Below are positions 20,990-33,198 of a stretch of DNA of 64,000 nt, in pieces; the stretch's first letter is position 1; each line of letters begins with the position of its first letter. The translations under genes and the position numbers were made by a program. This stretch comes from Candidatus Latescibacterota bacterium. GTDB taxonomy: Bacteria; Latescibacterota; UBA2968; SICM01. The stretch is from assembly GCA_965217865.1 (NCBI GenBank), contig CBDCJO010000002.1:4960001-5024000 (forward strand), read 5' to 3'. The notes beneath the pieces were generated by a model. It saw nothing but the letters and a program-made list of their open reading frames with translations, did no database searches and was not told the origin of the DNA.

Positions 20990-21748
20990 ATGGCGCGCAT
21001 TCCCCTGGCCTTACAGATGTACACGGTTCGAGATTTGATGAAAGAGGACCTTGAAGGAACGTTTCGAACCGTTGCGGGGATCGGATACGCCGGGGTGGAG
21101 CTTGCAGGAGTTGCCGATCGACCTGCAAAGGAACTGAAGAAATTTCTGGATGAACTGGGTTTGAAGGTCGCGGGCTGCCACGTGGGTTTAGACCGGCTCG
21201 AGTCGGATTTGGATCAAGCGATTGACGAGTGTCTTGCTCTCGGCAGCCCTTACCTGGTGTGTCCCGCTCTCCCCGAGGACCGGCGGAACGATGAAGCAGA
21301 CTACCGGGAGATAGGCGAGGTGTTTTCGAAGATCGGAGAGGCATGCCGTCGGGAAGGAATCGTGTTTTGTTACCATAACCACAGCTTCGAATTCAAGAAA
21401 TTCAATGGGGTAAACGCCCTGGATGTCCTTTACGATTCATCCGATCCGGAACTGGTACAAGCAGAGCTGGATACCTACTGGGTGCAACACGGGGGTGAGG
21501 ATCCGGCTTCATACCTCAGGAAATACGCGGACCGTTGCCCGCTGGTTCACCTCAAGGATATGGAGGCAGGAGAGGAGATGTTCTTCGCCGAGGTGGGGGA
21601 GGGAATTATGGATTTCGATGCGATCTTCGACGCATCCGAAGGGGGCGGGGTGGCCTGGTATGTCGTTGAGCAGGACATCTGCCGTCGTCCTCCGATCGAG
21701 AGCGTCCGGTTGAGTTTCGAGAACTTAAAACGAATGGGAAAGGCCTGA
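20990..21748 (+). CDS. Sugar phosphate isomerase/epimerase (xylose isomerase-like TIM barrel)
   Basis: LQMYTVR, YHNHSFEF, ELDTYW, VHLKD, VEQD. Confidence 0.9.
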   Translation: MARIPLALQMYTVRDLMKEDLEGTFRTVAGIGYAGVELAGVADRPAKELKKFLDELGLKVAGCHVGLDRLESDLDQAIDECLALGSPYLVCPALPEDRRNDEADYREIGEVFSKIGEACRREGIVFCYHNHSFEFKKFNGVNALDVLYDSSDPELVQAELDTYWVQHGGEDPASYLRKYADRCPLVHLKDMEAGEEMFFAEVGEGIMDFDAIFDASEGGGVAWYVVEQDICRRPPIESVRLSFENLKRMGKA

Positions 21749-21784
21749 AACCGGAGCCTTAACCTTTCTGAAGGAGTCATTGTG

Positions 21785-22551
21785 ATGGCCGGCCGGCCTT
21801 ATCTGCTTGCTGAGACGACCTGGAAAACCGTCAAGGAGACCGAATACGAAGTAGCCGTGTTACCCTAGGGAGCCACCGAAGCGCACAATTATCACCTTCC
21901 CTACGCTACGGATATCATCGAATCCGATCACATCGGGGCTGAATCCGCACGAATCGCCTGGGAACGAGGGGCTAAGGTGGTCGTCCTGCCCACGGTGCCG
22001 TTTGGAGTCAACACCGGACAGCTGGACGTGAAACTTGACATCAACATGAACCCGAGCACCCAACTGGCCTTGTTGAACGATGTGGCGGAGGTCCTGTCAC
22101 GCCACGGGATTCCGAAACTCGTCATCCTGAACGGTCACGGCGGAAACGACTTCAAGCAGATGATTCGAGAGCTTGCACCTCTAGGCATCGATTGTTCATC
22201 TGTTCGCTCGACTGGTACCGGTGCATCGATTTGGAGGGGATTTTCGATGACCCGGGCGATCATGCCGGGGAGATGGAAACCAGTCTGATGCAACTCATCG
22301 CTCCGGATCTGGTCTTGCCTCTGACCGAAGCCGGAAGCGGTGCGGCGCGAAAGTTCCGGGTTGCGGGACTTCGAGAGGGGCTGGCGTGGTCCCAGCGCGA
22401 GTGGACGAAGGTCACTGCAGATACGGGGGTGGGGAATCCCTCCGCTTCGACCCCAGGAAAGGGGCGGCGATTCTTCGAGACCGTCACGCAGAAGGTCGGG
22501 GAATTCCTCGTGGACTTGGGTGAAGCGGACGTGAACGATATGTATGAGTAG
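21785..22551 (+). pseudogene. Creatininase family gene (in-frame TAG plus frameshift)
   Basis: LP*GATEAHNYHLP (TAG 21866), NGHGGN, DHAGEMETS in a second frame after about 22180. Confidence 0.85.
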
Positions 22552-22561
22552 TGGGGGAGAT

Positions 22562-23431
22562 ATGAAAAACGCATTCTTCAAAGGGCACGGCCTGGGAAAC
22601 GATTATATCGTCGTGGACCCGAGGGATCTGGATGTCCGCCTCACCCCTAAGAACGTGAGGGCGATATGCGACCGGAACTGGGGTATCGGGGGGGACGGGA
22701 TCCTCGCGCGTGTGGAATCCCGTAAAGCCGACTTCGGGCTGCGGATCTACAACCCGGACGGTAGCGAGGCGGAAAAATCGGGGAACGGACTTCGCATTTT
22801 CGCACGCTATCTCCACGCCTGCCGGATCACCCGTCGAAAGACGTTTTCCGTCGAGACGAAGGGAGGTCTGGTCAGGGTGACCCTGCATCTGGACCGGTTC
22901 GGAGACGCGAGCGCTGCGACGGTCGAAATGGGCAAGGCAACGTTTCGCCCCGAAGCGCTCCCGTGCACGCTGGAAGTGGATGAAGTCGTGTCAAGGCCGA
23001 TCAGCATCGAAGGCAGGAAACTCTTGATCACAGGGGTGAGCGTCGGCAACCCACACTGCGTGATCTTCAAACCCAAGGGTGCGAAGTGGACCCGGGAGGC
23101 CTTGCTCGGACTTGGACCCAAACTCGAAAACCACCCGATTTTTCCAAATCGCATCAACGTACAGCTTGCCGTTCCCACGGGTCCGCGGGGGTTGTTCATT
23201 CTGATCTGGGAGCGAGGGGCCGGTGAAACCCAGGCATCGGGCTCATCATCCTGTGCGGCCGCAAGTGCCGGGGTCCGTCTCGGGTTGGTTTCGAGCCCTG
23301 TCCAGGTCAAGTCACAAGGAGGCTCGCTTCGGATCGAAGTGGACCCGGATTATAATCTTACCATGAAAGGGGCTGTAGCGGAGGTGGGGCGAGGGGTTTT
23401 CAGCCCATCCTTCCTGCGAAGCCTGCGCTGA
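22562..23431 (+). CDS. dapF: Diaminopimelate epimerase
   Basis: KGHGLGNDY, GIGGDG, NPDGSEAEKSGNG, VGNPH, WERGAGETQASGSS; Ser at both positions that are catalytic Cys in canonical DapF. Confidence 0.85.
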   Translation: MKNAFFKGHGLGNDYIVVDPRDLDVRLTPKNVRAICDRNWGIGGDGILARVESRKADFGLRIYNPDGSEAEKSGNGLRIFARYLHACRITRRKTFSVETKGGLVRVTLHLDRFGDASAATVEMGKATFRPEALPCTLEVDEVVSRPISIEGRKLLITGVSVGNPHCVIFKPKGAKWTREALLGLGPKLENHPIFPNRINVQLAVPTGPRGLFILIWERGAGETQASGSSSCAAASAGVRLGLVSSPVQVKSQGGSLRIEVDPDYNLTMKGAVAEVGRGVFSPSFLRSLR

Positions 23432-23461
23432 TTCAGCCGTTATTGAACGGGGTTAAAATCG

Positions 23462-24718
23462 ATGAACTACAAAACCGATGTATTGGTGATCGGTGCCGGG
23501 GCCATCGGAATCTGTTCAGCCTACTATATTCGAGATCGGGGCCTTAACGTTACGGTGTTGGAAAAAGGCGAGGTTTGCTCGGGGAGTTCCTACGGAAACG
23601 CGGGACTGATTGTACCCAGCCACTGTGTTCCCCTGGCAGCCCCCGGGGTCATTTTCAAGTCCCTGAAATGGATGTTCAACCCGGAGAGCCCCTTTTATAT
23701 CAAACCCCGTTTTAACCTGGAATTCCTCTCGTGGCTTTGGCGATTTCGTGGGGCGTGCAACAAGAGACAGATGCAAAGGGCGATGCCGACCCTTCGGGAT
23801 CTAAGCCTGGCCAGCCTCGACCTGTTCGAAGAGCTTGCGGCCGTTGAAGATCTGTCGTTCGACTATGAAAAAAAAGGGATGTTGCGGGTGTACAAGGCCG
23901 AGAAAGGCCTGGATGAAGGTGCAAAGGAAGCCCGTCTTCTTCAGGAGATCGGGATTGAAGTCAGTGTGTTGAACGCCTCTGAAGTACGAGAGATCGAACC
24001 GCATTTTCATCCAGAAGTCATCGGCGGGGTATTTTTTCCCCAGGACGCCCACCTGGTTCCTGCGAGGTTCGTTCGGGGATTGGCCCAGCACCTAGAGAGG
24101 ATGGGCGGGGAAATCCATACTTCAACCGAAGTGCTTGGGTTCGAGACAACCGGTCGAAGGATCTCCACGGTGAAAACGACGAGAGGGAACTTTTCCGCAC
24201 GTCAGATCGTTCTTGCGGGAGGTGCCTGGTCTCCGGGAATCACGAATAGGTTGGGGCTCAATCTGCCCATCCAGGCGGGTAAGGGCTACAGCATCACGTT
24301 TAAACGACCGCCGAATTGTCCTTCTGTGCCGATCACGCTTGCGGATGCCAAGGTGGGGATTACCCCGATGGGCGATACGCTGCGATTGGCCGGGACGCTG
24401 GAACTGGCAGGCCTGGATCTCTCGATCAATATCCGCCGCGTCGGTGCGATCCTGAAGACCGTCCCGACCTATCTCCCGAAGATCGACCCGGAGGGTCTTG
24501 AGCTGATCGAAATCTGGCGCGGTTTGAGACCCTGCACGCCGGACGGGCTTCCATTCCTGGGTCGTCCCAAGGCTTTCGAAAACCTCGTGGTGGCGGCGGG
24601 ACACGCTATGATCGGGGTTTCCCTGAGTCCGGTGACCGGCAAGCTGGTGTCGGAACTCGTCGATGAAAAGGAACCTTCGATCGATCTGAATACACTCAGC
24701 GTGGACCGTTTCGATTGA
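23462..24718 (+). CDS. FAD-dependent D-amino acid dehydrogenase (DadA-like)
   Basis: GAGAIG, SYGNAG, GKGYS, GLRPCTPDGLP, GHAMIG. Confidence 0.9.
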   Translation: MNYKTDVLVIGAGAIGICSAYYIRDRGLNVTVLEKGEVCSGSSYGNAGLIVPSHCVPLAAPGVIFKSLKWMFNPESPFYIKPRFNLEFLSWLWRFRGACNKRQMQRAMPTLRDLSLASLDLFEELAAVEDLSFDYEKKGMLRVYKAEKGLDEGAKEARLLQEIGIEVSVLNASEVREIEPHFHPEVIGGVFFPQDAHLVPARFVRGLAQHLERMGGEIHTSTEVLGFETTGRRISTVKTTRGNFSARQIVLAGGAWSPGITNRLGLNLPIQAGKGYSITFKRPPNCPSVPITLADAKVGITPMGDTLRLAGTLELAGLDLSINIRRVGAILKTVPTYLPKIDPEGLELIEIWRGLRPCTPDGLPFLGRPKAFENLVVAAGHAMIGVSLSPVTGKLVSELVDEKEPSIDLNTLSVDRFD

Positions 24719-24865
24719 GAAGACCGTGGATCGGAAAACCCGTGGATCGTGGATCGTGATTCGGGGATCGGAAAAGCCGGGGTCCGTGGATCGTGACTCG
24801 GAAAATCCCGAATCCTATCGATTAAAATCCTTGACCGTTCAAAAAATTATTCGCATCGATTCTTA

Positions 24866-25065
24866 ACGAATCACGAATCACGAATCACGAATCACGAATC
24901 ACGAATCACGAATCACGAATCACGAATCACGAATCACGAATCACGAATCACGAATCACGAATCACGAATCACGAATCACGAATCACGAATCACGAATCAC
25001 GAATCACGAATCACGAATCACGAATCACGAATCACGAATCACGAATCACGAATCACGAATCACGA
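24866..25065 (+). repeat. Perfect heptamer microsatellite (ACGAATC)28
   Basis: Direct reading; ends about 20 bp before the TamB-like ATG. Confidence 0.97.
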
Positions 25066-25086
25066 CTTTGAGGCTTTGATATCTCA

Positions 25087-28000
25087 ATGGCATTTAGCTT
25101 AAATCGTTTCCTCCTGCTCACATTGTTAGCAGGGGCAGTCCTGTTTCCGAGTCGTGTCGATCCTATTGAGTTTAAACCCCGCATCGAGGGTTTGCTGTCA
25201 GAGGCTTTGGGGGCCAGGATTGAGATCAGGGAGCTCCACTGGGTTTCTTTATCCGAGGTATCCGCTGAGGGAATTGTTGCAAAAAAAGAGGGGGTGGTGG
25301 TCGCACGGGCTGAGCGTCTTCGAATCGTGGGCGCCCCATCGGCTCTCCTGAAGATGAGAGTGGTCCTGGATACGCTCGAGGTTCTCCCTCCATCCGCGTA
25401 AACCGGGATGATGCCGGGAGGTGGGAACTTCCGGTCCTGAACCTCCGTGAGGATGCCTCTTCCGGTGGTAAACCCGCTGGACTTTTCGTTGAGATCCGAC
25501 ACGGGATGTTGCGGGACGCCTCGCTCGAACCGGGTGGGGAAGAGACTTCTGCGAGTCTCAAGGGAATGGATCTGGACTTTTCCCTTCTGCGTACTGGGGA
25601 CGGACTTTCGTTCCGCTTCCGGGATCTGAATTTCGAGGTTGACGCCCCGAATCTTTTTTTCCGGAATGGTAGAGGTACCGCGCTTTTCCGCCCAGACCAG
25701 ATCGACCTGGCAGGGATACAGATTGAAACGGAGTTGTCTTCCCTTCGTGTAGATGGATACGTGCGGGATCTATCGGATCCCAAAATCGATCTGTCCCTGA
25801 ACGCCGAGCCTCTCGCGTCGGAAGAGTTGAAGTCCCTTCTTCCGAATTTGCCCTTCGTGGGACCCCTGGGGTTGACGGCCTTTTTGACCGGAAGTGCGGA
25901 TAGCCTCGCCGTGTCTGGGGCGTTGAATACGGTGGGTGGGGTCCTGGAGGGAAGCGTCATCCTGAATCCGCGGGTGTCTCCCGTGACCTACGACGCGATC
26001 GCCTTAAAGGCCAACGGGATAGATTTGAGAGGCCTGACCGGGCGCGTAAGGGACACGGACCTCAACTTCATCTTACACGGATCCGGGGCCGGACTCGGGT
26101 CGGATAACGCCACATTAGAGGGGTCCTTCGCGTTGGATCCCTCTTTGTTCAGGGGCAGGTCTATAAGCTCTCCCCGCGTGCAGGTTCGGTTGAAAGAGGG
26201 TCACCTCCGGGCAGAGGGGACAATCCGGATCGGAAGGGGGGCCTTTCAAGGGAAGGCGGAATTGACCATCAGTGAGGACCGATATCGGATCCACGGAGAG
26301 GTGTCGAACCTGGACCTGGCAACCCTCACCGGAAATGGAGATCTAAAGAGCCGTCTGGTTGGACGGATCGAAATCAATGGTTCCGGAATGGACCTTGATG
26401 GAATGGACATGAAAGGCAGGGGGGTTTTCAAGAAATCAGAAATCCGGGGTTACACGTTTGGCGCGGTCGAGACCGGACTGCGGTTTGAAAGAAGAATTCT
26501 GACTCTGGATCGATTTGTCCTCAATGCTCCGGAAGGAAAAGCCCAGGGCACGTTTCGCGTGGCATTTCCCGCGGATCGTCCCTGGTCTTACGGGGGGGAG
26601 ATCGACGTGTCTTCCCTGGACCTGGGTATCGTGACGGGAGACTCCACCTATCAGAGCGATCTCAATCTGGCAGTGGCAGTCGCCGGAGAGGAGATGGGGG
26701 AATTGAGCTTTCGGGTAGAGGGAGGCGAATCCACATTGATCGGGATCCCGATCGAAGATCTCCTTGCCGGGGGAAGCCTTCAGGGGGGCGTGTGGACCGT
26801 CAAGCGCTTGGATCTGAACAGCGAGGATATGGCTTTCCAGGCCGTCGGAAAGGTGGGCCCCTCTGATTCTATCGACATGCAGGCCAACGTTCGGGGAAAG
26901 GCCTCCGCCTCATTCAAGGGAATGGATTTGGCCTTTCAAGGCGATGCTTCGAGCGTGATACAGGGTCGCCTTGGCAACTTGAAGGTGGTGGTTTCGGGGC
27001 GGTCGGACAGCTTTCAAGTCGGAGAGACCCGTTTCAAAGACGCTTTGATCGACCTGGATGTGAACGGTGTTGACGTCCGACGAGACCTTGCGGGAATTGG
27101 TTCGACCGTTCTGGGTGACCTCACCTTGAGCGTGGGGGAGTTCGGTATCAAATCATTTAGAATCAATGATGTGATCGCAGGATTTCTATTAAGTCCGGGG
27201 GTCGCGGACTTTGGGTTGAATATTTCCCCGGCAGAGGATGTACGAATCGAGGCTGCGGGGCTGATCAGGTTTGGAAGGGAGGGGCTGGTTGCCCGATTGG
27301 ATACCCTTTTCGCCGAACTGGAGAAGGCTCATTTAAAAAATGAGGGTCAGAGTCATCTTCATTATGCCTATGGCGGAGGCTTTCGCCTCGACAGCCTCCG
27401 GGTGGTCCAGGAAACCGGGGCCCTGACCGTGAACGGGGAAGTGGATGAAGGTGGATCCATTCAAGCGGACATCCGGCTGGACGGGATAGATCTAAACGTG
27501 TGGGAGAATCTCCTTGGCCGAAAGGATGGAATTTCGGGAATCCTGAACCTGAGAGCTTCCGCTTCCGGGGAACTGGGAGATCCTGTATTGACAGGTCAGA
27601 TCGCGATTTCGGACGGCCGGGTCTCTGACTTCGCATACCATCGGCTAGGGGGGGAATTCGGATATCGTTGGGGGCGGGGAACCGTGGACTTCCGTTTGAA
27701 CCAGGATATCCAGCCCTCCGAAGGCCCCCAACTGGGACCAAGGGAGTTGATTCTTCAGGGGGAGTTTCCATTTCCGGCAAAGCCGAAAGGGACACTCGAT
27801 CTCCAAGTCCGTTCGGAGGATCTGGATCTCTCGTTCCTGCAGACGGCCTTCCCTGATTTCAAGGAGGTCAGCGGAAAGCTGCAGGGTGATCTCGGGGTGA
27901 AGGGGACGGTCCAGGATCCGATCTTCACCGGATTCGTGGAAATTCCCGGGGGTCGCCTGAAGGTCCAATCTCTTGGATTGAGCCTGGAGGATGTTCGGCT

Positions 28001-29114
28001 GCGCGTAGATGGCACGCCCGAAGGAATTTCATTGACGAACCTGAACCTCAAAACAAAGGGGGGGGCGCTGGACGCGGGAGGTCGTATCGATCTGGAGGGT
28101 CTTCGGATGAATACGTTCGATGTGACGATTAACGTCCAGGATTTCGACCTCTTGGATCGAAAAGACGCCCAACTCACGATCAAAGGAGAGATGCGTTTAG
28201 CCGGGGAGCGGGGGAAACCGGAATTGAAGGGGGACCTGGTCGTCCAACGGGCCCTGATTTCCCTCGGCCCCGATCAAGGGGGGACGTCCTCTTTCTGGGA
28301 TTCCGATCTCATCCGAGAGTTGGAGTGTCACGGACGGTTGAGCATCCCCCGCAACGCCTGGATTAGAGCCGACAACTTCAGTGCGGAGGTCCACGGAGAT
28401 ATCGAAGTGCGGAAGTCGGGGCCGGGGTTTGTCCTGTATGGTGGGGTGGAGACCATTCGAGGAGAGTACGTGTTTCAAAATGCAGCATTTTCGATAGAGC
28501 GAGGCGAGGTACGATTTCAAGGGACACCCGATAACGACCCCAACCTTTACATCCTGGGAACGCGTCGAATTCCGAGGGTGTTGCCGGATGCCAATGGAAA
28601 CGCCACACGGGGTCTTCAGATCAACGTGGTAGTCGGGGGTACAATCCAAAACCCTCAAGTCTCCCTTGAGAGCGATGCACCCACCCCGCTGGATCAGGCC
28701 GATCTCCTTTCTTATCTGTTGTTCGGCCTGCCGGCCAACCAGTCACTCCTCGGATCAGTTGGCGGCGGGGGCGGGGCTGAAAATGTCCAGGCTCAAGCCC
28801 AGATTCTCGCGATGGGGATCGCGGCCAATCGATTGAAGCGGACAGTAGGCCGGGAACTCGGGCTGGACGTACTTGAAGTAGAACTTGGGGGGGGTAAAGA
28901 GACGTTGACTCGGCTCGCGGTCGGGAAATACGTTTCGCCCGATCTGCTGCTCACGTTCAGCCAGGACTATATCCCGGAAGATGGCCAAGGCCTTGAGAGG
29001 ATGGGGAGAAAGGTGTCGGTGGAGTACGAGTTGGGCAGGCACTTTGGACTGAGCGGAAGCGTGGACGACCGGAGGAGGACCGAGTTGGATCTGATCTGGA
29101 AGATGGAATGGTGA
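25087..29114 (+). CDS. TamB/AsmA-like translocation and assembly protein (frameshift near 25388)
   Basis: N-terminal anchor ORF 25087-25401 plus 25506-29114; C-terminal GTIQNPQV.L.S, LLSYLLFG, VGKYVSPDL. Confidence 0.8.
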
Positions 29115-29129
29115 GTAAGGCCCTTCCGC

Positions 29130-29410
29130 CCATCCCCACCGGAATACAGAATACAGAATACAGAAGACAGGAGTAAAGAAACTGTCAAACGTGAGACGTG
29201 AAATCGTGAGACGGGAAAAGCAGTTGCAGGGAGGGGCGAAGTCAGCGGTAGGGTAAAGAAAATGCAAAGTGCAAAAACTCAAAAATAGAAAGTGCAAGAG
29301 TCAGGGGCTAGTGGGAATTGAAGATTGAATATCGAAGAGATCCATTTAGCCAAAAGCAAGTCCTGAGGTTTTCAAATATTCAATTCTCCGATATTCAATA
29401 TTCAATGAAG
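29130..29410. repeat. Mosaic of short-period repeats
   Basis: AATACAG x3, GTGAGAC, AAAGTGC, TTGAAGA and TCAATAT units. Confidence 0.75.
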
Positions 29411-29461
29411 GTTGTTGGGTCGGAGGTTGGGGCAGTCCCTTGATCCCTGGGCCCTGAGCCC

Positions 29462-30745
29462 CTATTTAACCTTTACGACCACCATTGTCATGTCGTCGGC
29501 CTGGTGGGTGCCACGGATGAAAGTCCGGATGGCGTCCCGGATATGGTTAAGGATATCTTCAGCGGAGGCATCCCTGTTGCTGCGTAAGACCCGGCGAAGG
29601 CGTTCTTCTCCGAAGAGATTCCCCTCCCGGTCCGTGGCTTCGGTGATGCCGTCCGTGAAAAGGAATAGGACATCGGAGGGTTCGAGCTTTACCTGCCCCT
29701 CCCGGTAAACCTGATCCCGAAACAATCCCAGGGGAGGACCTCCATCGTCAAGGAACATCTCAAGGCCGTAGCGTAACAACAACGGGGGGTTATGGCCGGC
29801 GTTGGTGTAAGTTATGACGCGTTCTCGAACGTTAAGAGATGCGTAAAAGAGTGTGACGAATTCGTGAGGTCGGGTGTCACGGCAGAGCCCCCGGTTGACC
29901 CTGGCCACGATGTCCCGAATAAAGACCGACCCCTCGATTTCCGCCCTCAGGGCCGCACGTGCTGCGGACATCAGAATCGCCGACGGGATGCCCTTTCCGA
30001 CAACGTCTGCGATTACGAAGCCCAGATGTTCTGACGGAAGTTCGATAAAGTCGTAAAAATCACCCCCTACCTCGAATGACGGGATGTTGAGCGCTGCGAA
30101 CTCGAAACCATCGGGCTGAGGACTCTGAGACGGTATCAGGTTCCGTAAGATGTCTCCTGCGATGTCGAGCTCGTGTTCGATCCGGTGTGCATCTACCAGC
30201 TCCCGGTGGAGTTCGGCAATTTCGATCGCAACAGCGGATTGATTGGCCATAGCCTGAAACAGGACGACTTCCTCCTGGTCGAAGACACGGGGCTGGATGG
30301 TGTAGGCGGTGATGGCCCCGAATGCCTTTCCCGCCCGCATCAATCCCACGCACAGCATGGAAGCGATCCCCTCTTTGATTGCCGCGGCCGGATACTGGAT
30401 GCGGGTATCGCTTTTTACATCATAGACCTGCGTTACCGTTCCGCGTTCGAACACGTTTCGAAACACACCTTTCCAGACGACCACCGGACCTTTGTTAACA
30501 TAGCTTGGACTCAATCCTGAGACGGCCCGGAGGACCATCTCACCGGTTTTATCGTCCAGCATCCGGATCGTACATGCCTTAACGCCCAGAACAGAAGTGG
30601 CGATGGAGGTAATTCGTTGTAGAAGGCCTTCCAGCTCGAATCCGGATGTCAGTGCGAGGCTGATTTCATAAAGGGACGAGATGTCTCGGAGATGCCCTCG
30701 CGAAGACGGATCATCAGCCGCATCTTGGGCAATGTCGTCAGGCAT
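29462..30745 (-). CDS. GAF + SpoIIE/PP2C phosphatase (RsbU-like)
   Basis: VGGDFYD, DVVGKG, NAGHNPP, FTDGITE, DDMT. Confidence 0.92.
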   Translation of the reverse strand: MPDDIAQDAADDPSSRGHLRDISSLYEISLALTSGFELEGLLQRITSIATSVLGVKACTIRMLDDKTGEMVLRAVSGLSPSYVNKGPVVVWKGVFRNVFERGTVTQVYDVKSDTRIQYPAAAIKEGIASMLCVGLMRAGKAFGAITAYTIQPRVFDQEEVVLFQAMANQSAVAIEIAELHRELVDAHRIEHELDIAGDILRNLIPSQSPQPDGFEFAALNIPSFEVGGDFYDFIELPSEHLGFVIADVVGKGIPSAILMSAARAALRAEIEGSVFIRDIVARVNRGLCRDTRPHEFVTLFYASLNVRERVITYTNAGHNPPLLLRYGLEMFLDDGGPPLGLFRDQVYREGQVKLEPSDVLFLFTDGITEATDREGNLFGEERLRRVLRSNRDASAEDILNHIRDAIRTFIRGTHQADDMTMVVVKVK

Positions 30746-30860
30746 AACTATTGACTCAGCTGTTTTCGAACGAACGGGTTCCGCTGATTTTTAAGTTTCA
30801 CTCGACAAAGGATTCAACTTTACCCAATTCTCATTTACTTGTCAATTTCTTTCGGACCTT

Positions 30861-31985
30861 ATGCGAATCGGAATCGACGGACGGGAATTGATTCGAGGGC
30901 AGGTGACCGGAATCGCCCGCTTCCTCAGGAATTTTTTGGAAGGGGTATCGATTCTAAAACCTCCCCACGAGATCATTCTCTTCGGAAATCAAAGGACAGA
31001 CCCCACGGGCGTTCCGGACCAGGCAACTTTAAGAGTGATCCCGGAGCGCGTGACCACGTGGTGGGATCATATCTCCTTGTCCCAAGCCATTGAGCGACAC
31101 GGCATCGATGTCTTTTTTTCGCCGTTTGACAAAGGCCCGCTCAGGGGCGGATGCCCGCTGGTGATTTCGGTCCACGATCTCTTCTTTCTGACCCTGTCGG
31201 AAAAAAGCGGGATCAAACGTGCGGTGTATGATCGCTATTATTTCCTTCTCCGTCGCAGAATTTTTAACCGGGCGTCGGCCATCGTCACAGTTTCCGAGGT
31301 CTCCAAGGGAGACATTGTATCGTTGTTTAACATTCCGCCGGATCGGATCCACATTGTTCCTAACGCTGTGACGGGGTCTATCCAAATGGTGGACGATGCG
31401 TTTGAGATTGAACGGGTAAAAGCGAAGTACGGCGTATCGGGTGAATATCTGATGTTCGTCGGAAATTTCAAACCTCACAAAAATGTGAAGTCCCTTCTGG
31501 ATGCCTTTATCCACTTGCCAGAACAGATCCAGGGAAAGTATACCCTTCTGTTGTGCGGGTATTTGGACGCCTTTGGAGAACAGACCCGACGAGCGGCAGA
31601 TGCACGGAATCTCCAGGGCCGGGTGCATTTCACCGGGGCGGTTACGGATGAAGATCTTCCTGCTCTCTATTCCGGAGCCTCGGCATTTCTCTTCCCATCC
31701 CTGTACGAAGGTTTCGGCATTCCGCCTCTCGAGGCGATGGCCTGCGGGACCCCCGTGATCTGTTCAGATGCACCTCCTCTGCCGGATGTCGTGGGTGATG
31801 CCGCTCTGGTGGTGAATGCCCGGCATCCCGAGGCAATCGCAAAGGCCGTGGTGAGGGTTCTGACCGATCAAGCGTTCTCATCAGAGCTTAGAGATAAAGG
31901 TCTCAAACGGGCAGGCCACTTCTCGGTGGAACGCGTCACACGGATGGTGCTTGAAGTCCTTGAACACGTCAAAGTTTCCCGGTAA
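30861..31985 (+). CDS. Glycosyltransferase family 4
   Basis: [21 protein letters not shown]. Confidence 0.92.
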   Translation: MRIGIDGRELIRGQVTGIARFLRNFLEGVSILKPPHEIILFGNQRTDPTGVPDQATLRVIPERVTTWWDHISLSQAIERHGIDVFFSPFDKGPLRGGCPLVISVHDLFFLTLSEKSGIKRAVYDRYYFLLRRRIFNRASAIVTVSEVSKGDIVSLFNIPPDRIHIVPNAVTGSIQMVDDAFEIERVKAKYGVSGEYLMFVGNFKPHKNVKSLLDAFIHLPEQIQGKYTLLLCGYLDAFGEQTRRAADARNLQGRVHFTGAVTDEDLPALYSGASAFLFPSLYEGFGIPPLEAMACGTPVICSDAPPLPDVVGDAALVVNARHPEAIAKAVVRVLTDQAFSSELRDKGLKRAGHFSVERVTRMVLEVLEHVKVSR

Positions 31986-32009
31986 GGTCAAGCGGCGTCG
32001 GATTCCCTT

Positions 32010-33170
32010 ATGTTTGTAACCACCAAGGATCGGGCAGTACTGTTTGCGAACGATTTCCCGCCAGTGGGGAGCGGAATCGCAACCGCTTTCCTCAACTTCT
32101 GGATGAGGCTTCCTAAAGAACGGGTGGTTGTGATCGCCCCCCGTATGGTGGGGGCCCGGGAGGTGGACGCAGGACTTCCTTTTCCGGTCAAGCGGATCAC
32201 TCTCCCGCGAGGGGAAGGAGCCCTGTCAAAAATTCTTAAGACGGGTCTAACGATCATCCACTCGCTCAGGATTGCGGGTTCCGCCAGGCCTTCCTGTCTA
32301 CACTGCGGTCAGGTTTTCTCCTCGGGGATTGCGGGTTGGATCTGCAAACGGATCTTCGGCATCCCTTACGTGATCTATGTGTATGGTTCGGAAACGGTAC
32401 GATTGGGCGGAGGGATTTTAAAAAGCTTGATGCGTGCGACCCTGGAGGGAAGCGAGAGGGTTGTCACCAATAGTAATGCGACCACGGATGAGTTCCGGGA
32501 TTTTGGAGTCCGGGGAGAAAGGCTCATACGGGTTTATCCCGGGGTCGATCCAACTCTTTTTCAACCCGGTCCGAAGAACCCTGAGTTCCTGAGTCGCTAT
32601 AGTCTTGAGGGCAGACGCGTCATCCTCACCGTGGCTAGGCTGGACCAGAGAAAGGGTCACGACATGGTCCTGCGGGCGTTGGGAAGGCTTCGGGACTCTC
32701 ATCCGGATCTCGTCTATCTGGTGACGGGGCGAGGTAGAGAAGAATCGAGACTCAAGGCCCTTGCGGAGGACTGCGGGGTCGCAAATCGGGTCCGTTTCAT
32801 CGGATTCGTGCCCGATGAGGACCTCCCGTCGATCTATAATCTCTGCGATGTCTTCGCCATGCCGAACCGCGTGACGGAGGGGACGGCGCTCAAAGGGGAT
32901 GTGGAGGGGTTCGGGATTACGTTTGTCGAAGCCGGGGCCTGCGCCAAGCCCGTGGTGGCGGGACGCTCTGGGGGCGCGATAGAGGCTGTCCTGGATGGCC
33001 AGACCGGGGTCCTGGTCGATCCCCATTCGGAAGAGGAGGTCACTGAAGCGATCCGGGGCTTGCTGGATAATCCCGATGAGGCCCGCCGCCTGGGGGAGGC
33101 AGGGCGCCTTCGGGCTGAAAGGGAATTTGACTGGAACCGATTGGCCAAGCAAATTGAGGAGATCTTATAG
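32010..33170 (+). CDS. Glycosyltransferase family 4 (PimB'-like)
   Basis: NDFPP, RKGHD, EGFGITFVEA. Confidence 0.92.
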   Translation: MFVTTKDRAVLFANDFPPVGSGIATAFLNFWMRLPKERVVVIAPRMVGAREVDAGLPFPVKRITLPRGEGALSKILKTGLTIIHSLRIAGSARPSCLHCGQVFSSGIAGWICKRIFGIPYVIYVYGSETVRLGGGILKSLMRATLEGSERVVTNSNATTDEFRDFGVRGERLIRVYPGVDPTLFQPGPKNPEFLSRYSLEGRRVILTVARLDQRKGHDMVLRALGRLRDSHPDLVYLVTGRGREESRLKALAEDCGVANRVRFIGFVPDEDLPSIYNLCDVFAMPNRVTEGTALKGDVEGFGITFVEAGACAKPVVAGRSGGAIEAVLDGQTGVLVDPHSEEEVTEAIRGLLDNPDEARRLGEAGRLRAEREFDWNRLAKQIEEIL

Positions 33171-33198
33171 TATCAAATCCGAATGTGAGGAGGGAATC

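Noticed and set aside
21866-21868. Amber readthrough or recoding in the creatininase gene
   Set aside because: The gene also has a frameshift and TAG is a normal stop elsewhere; TGG>TAG mutation or sequencing error is simpler.
25380-25400. Programmed frameshift in the TamB-like gene
   Set aside because: No slippery motif; a single indel is more likely.
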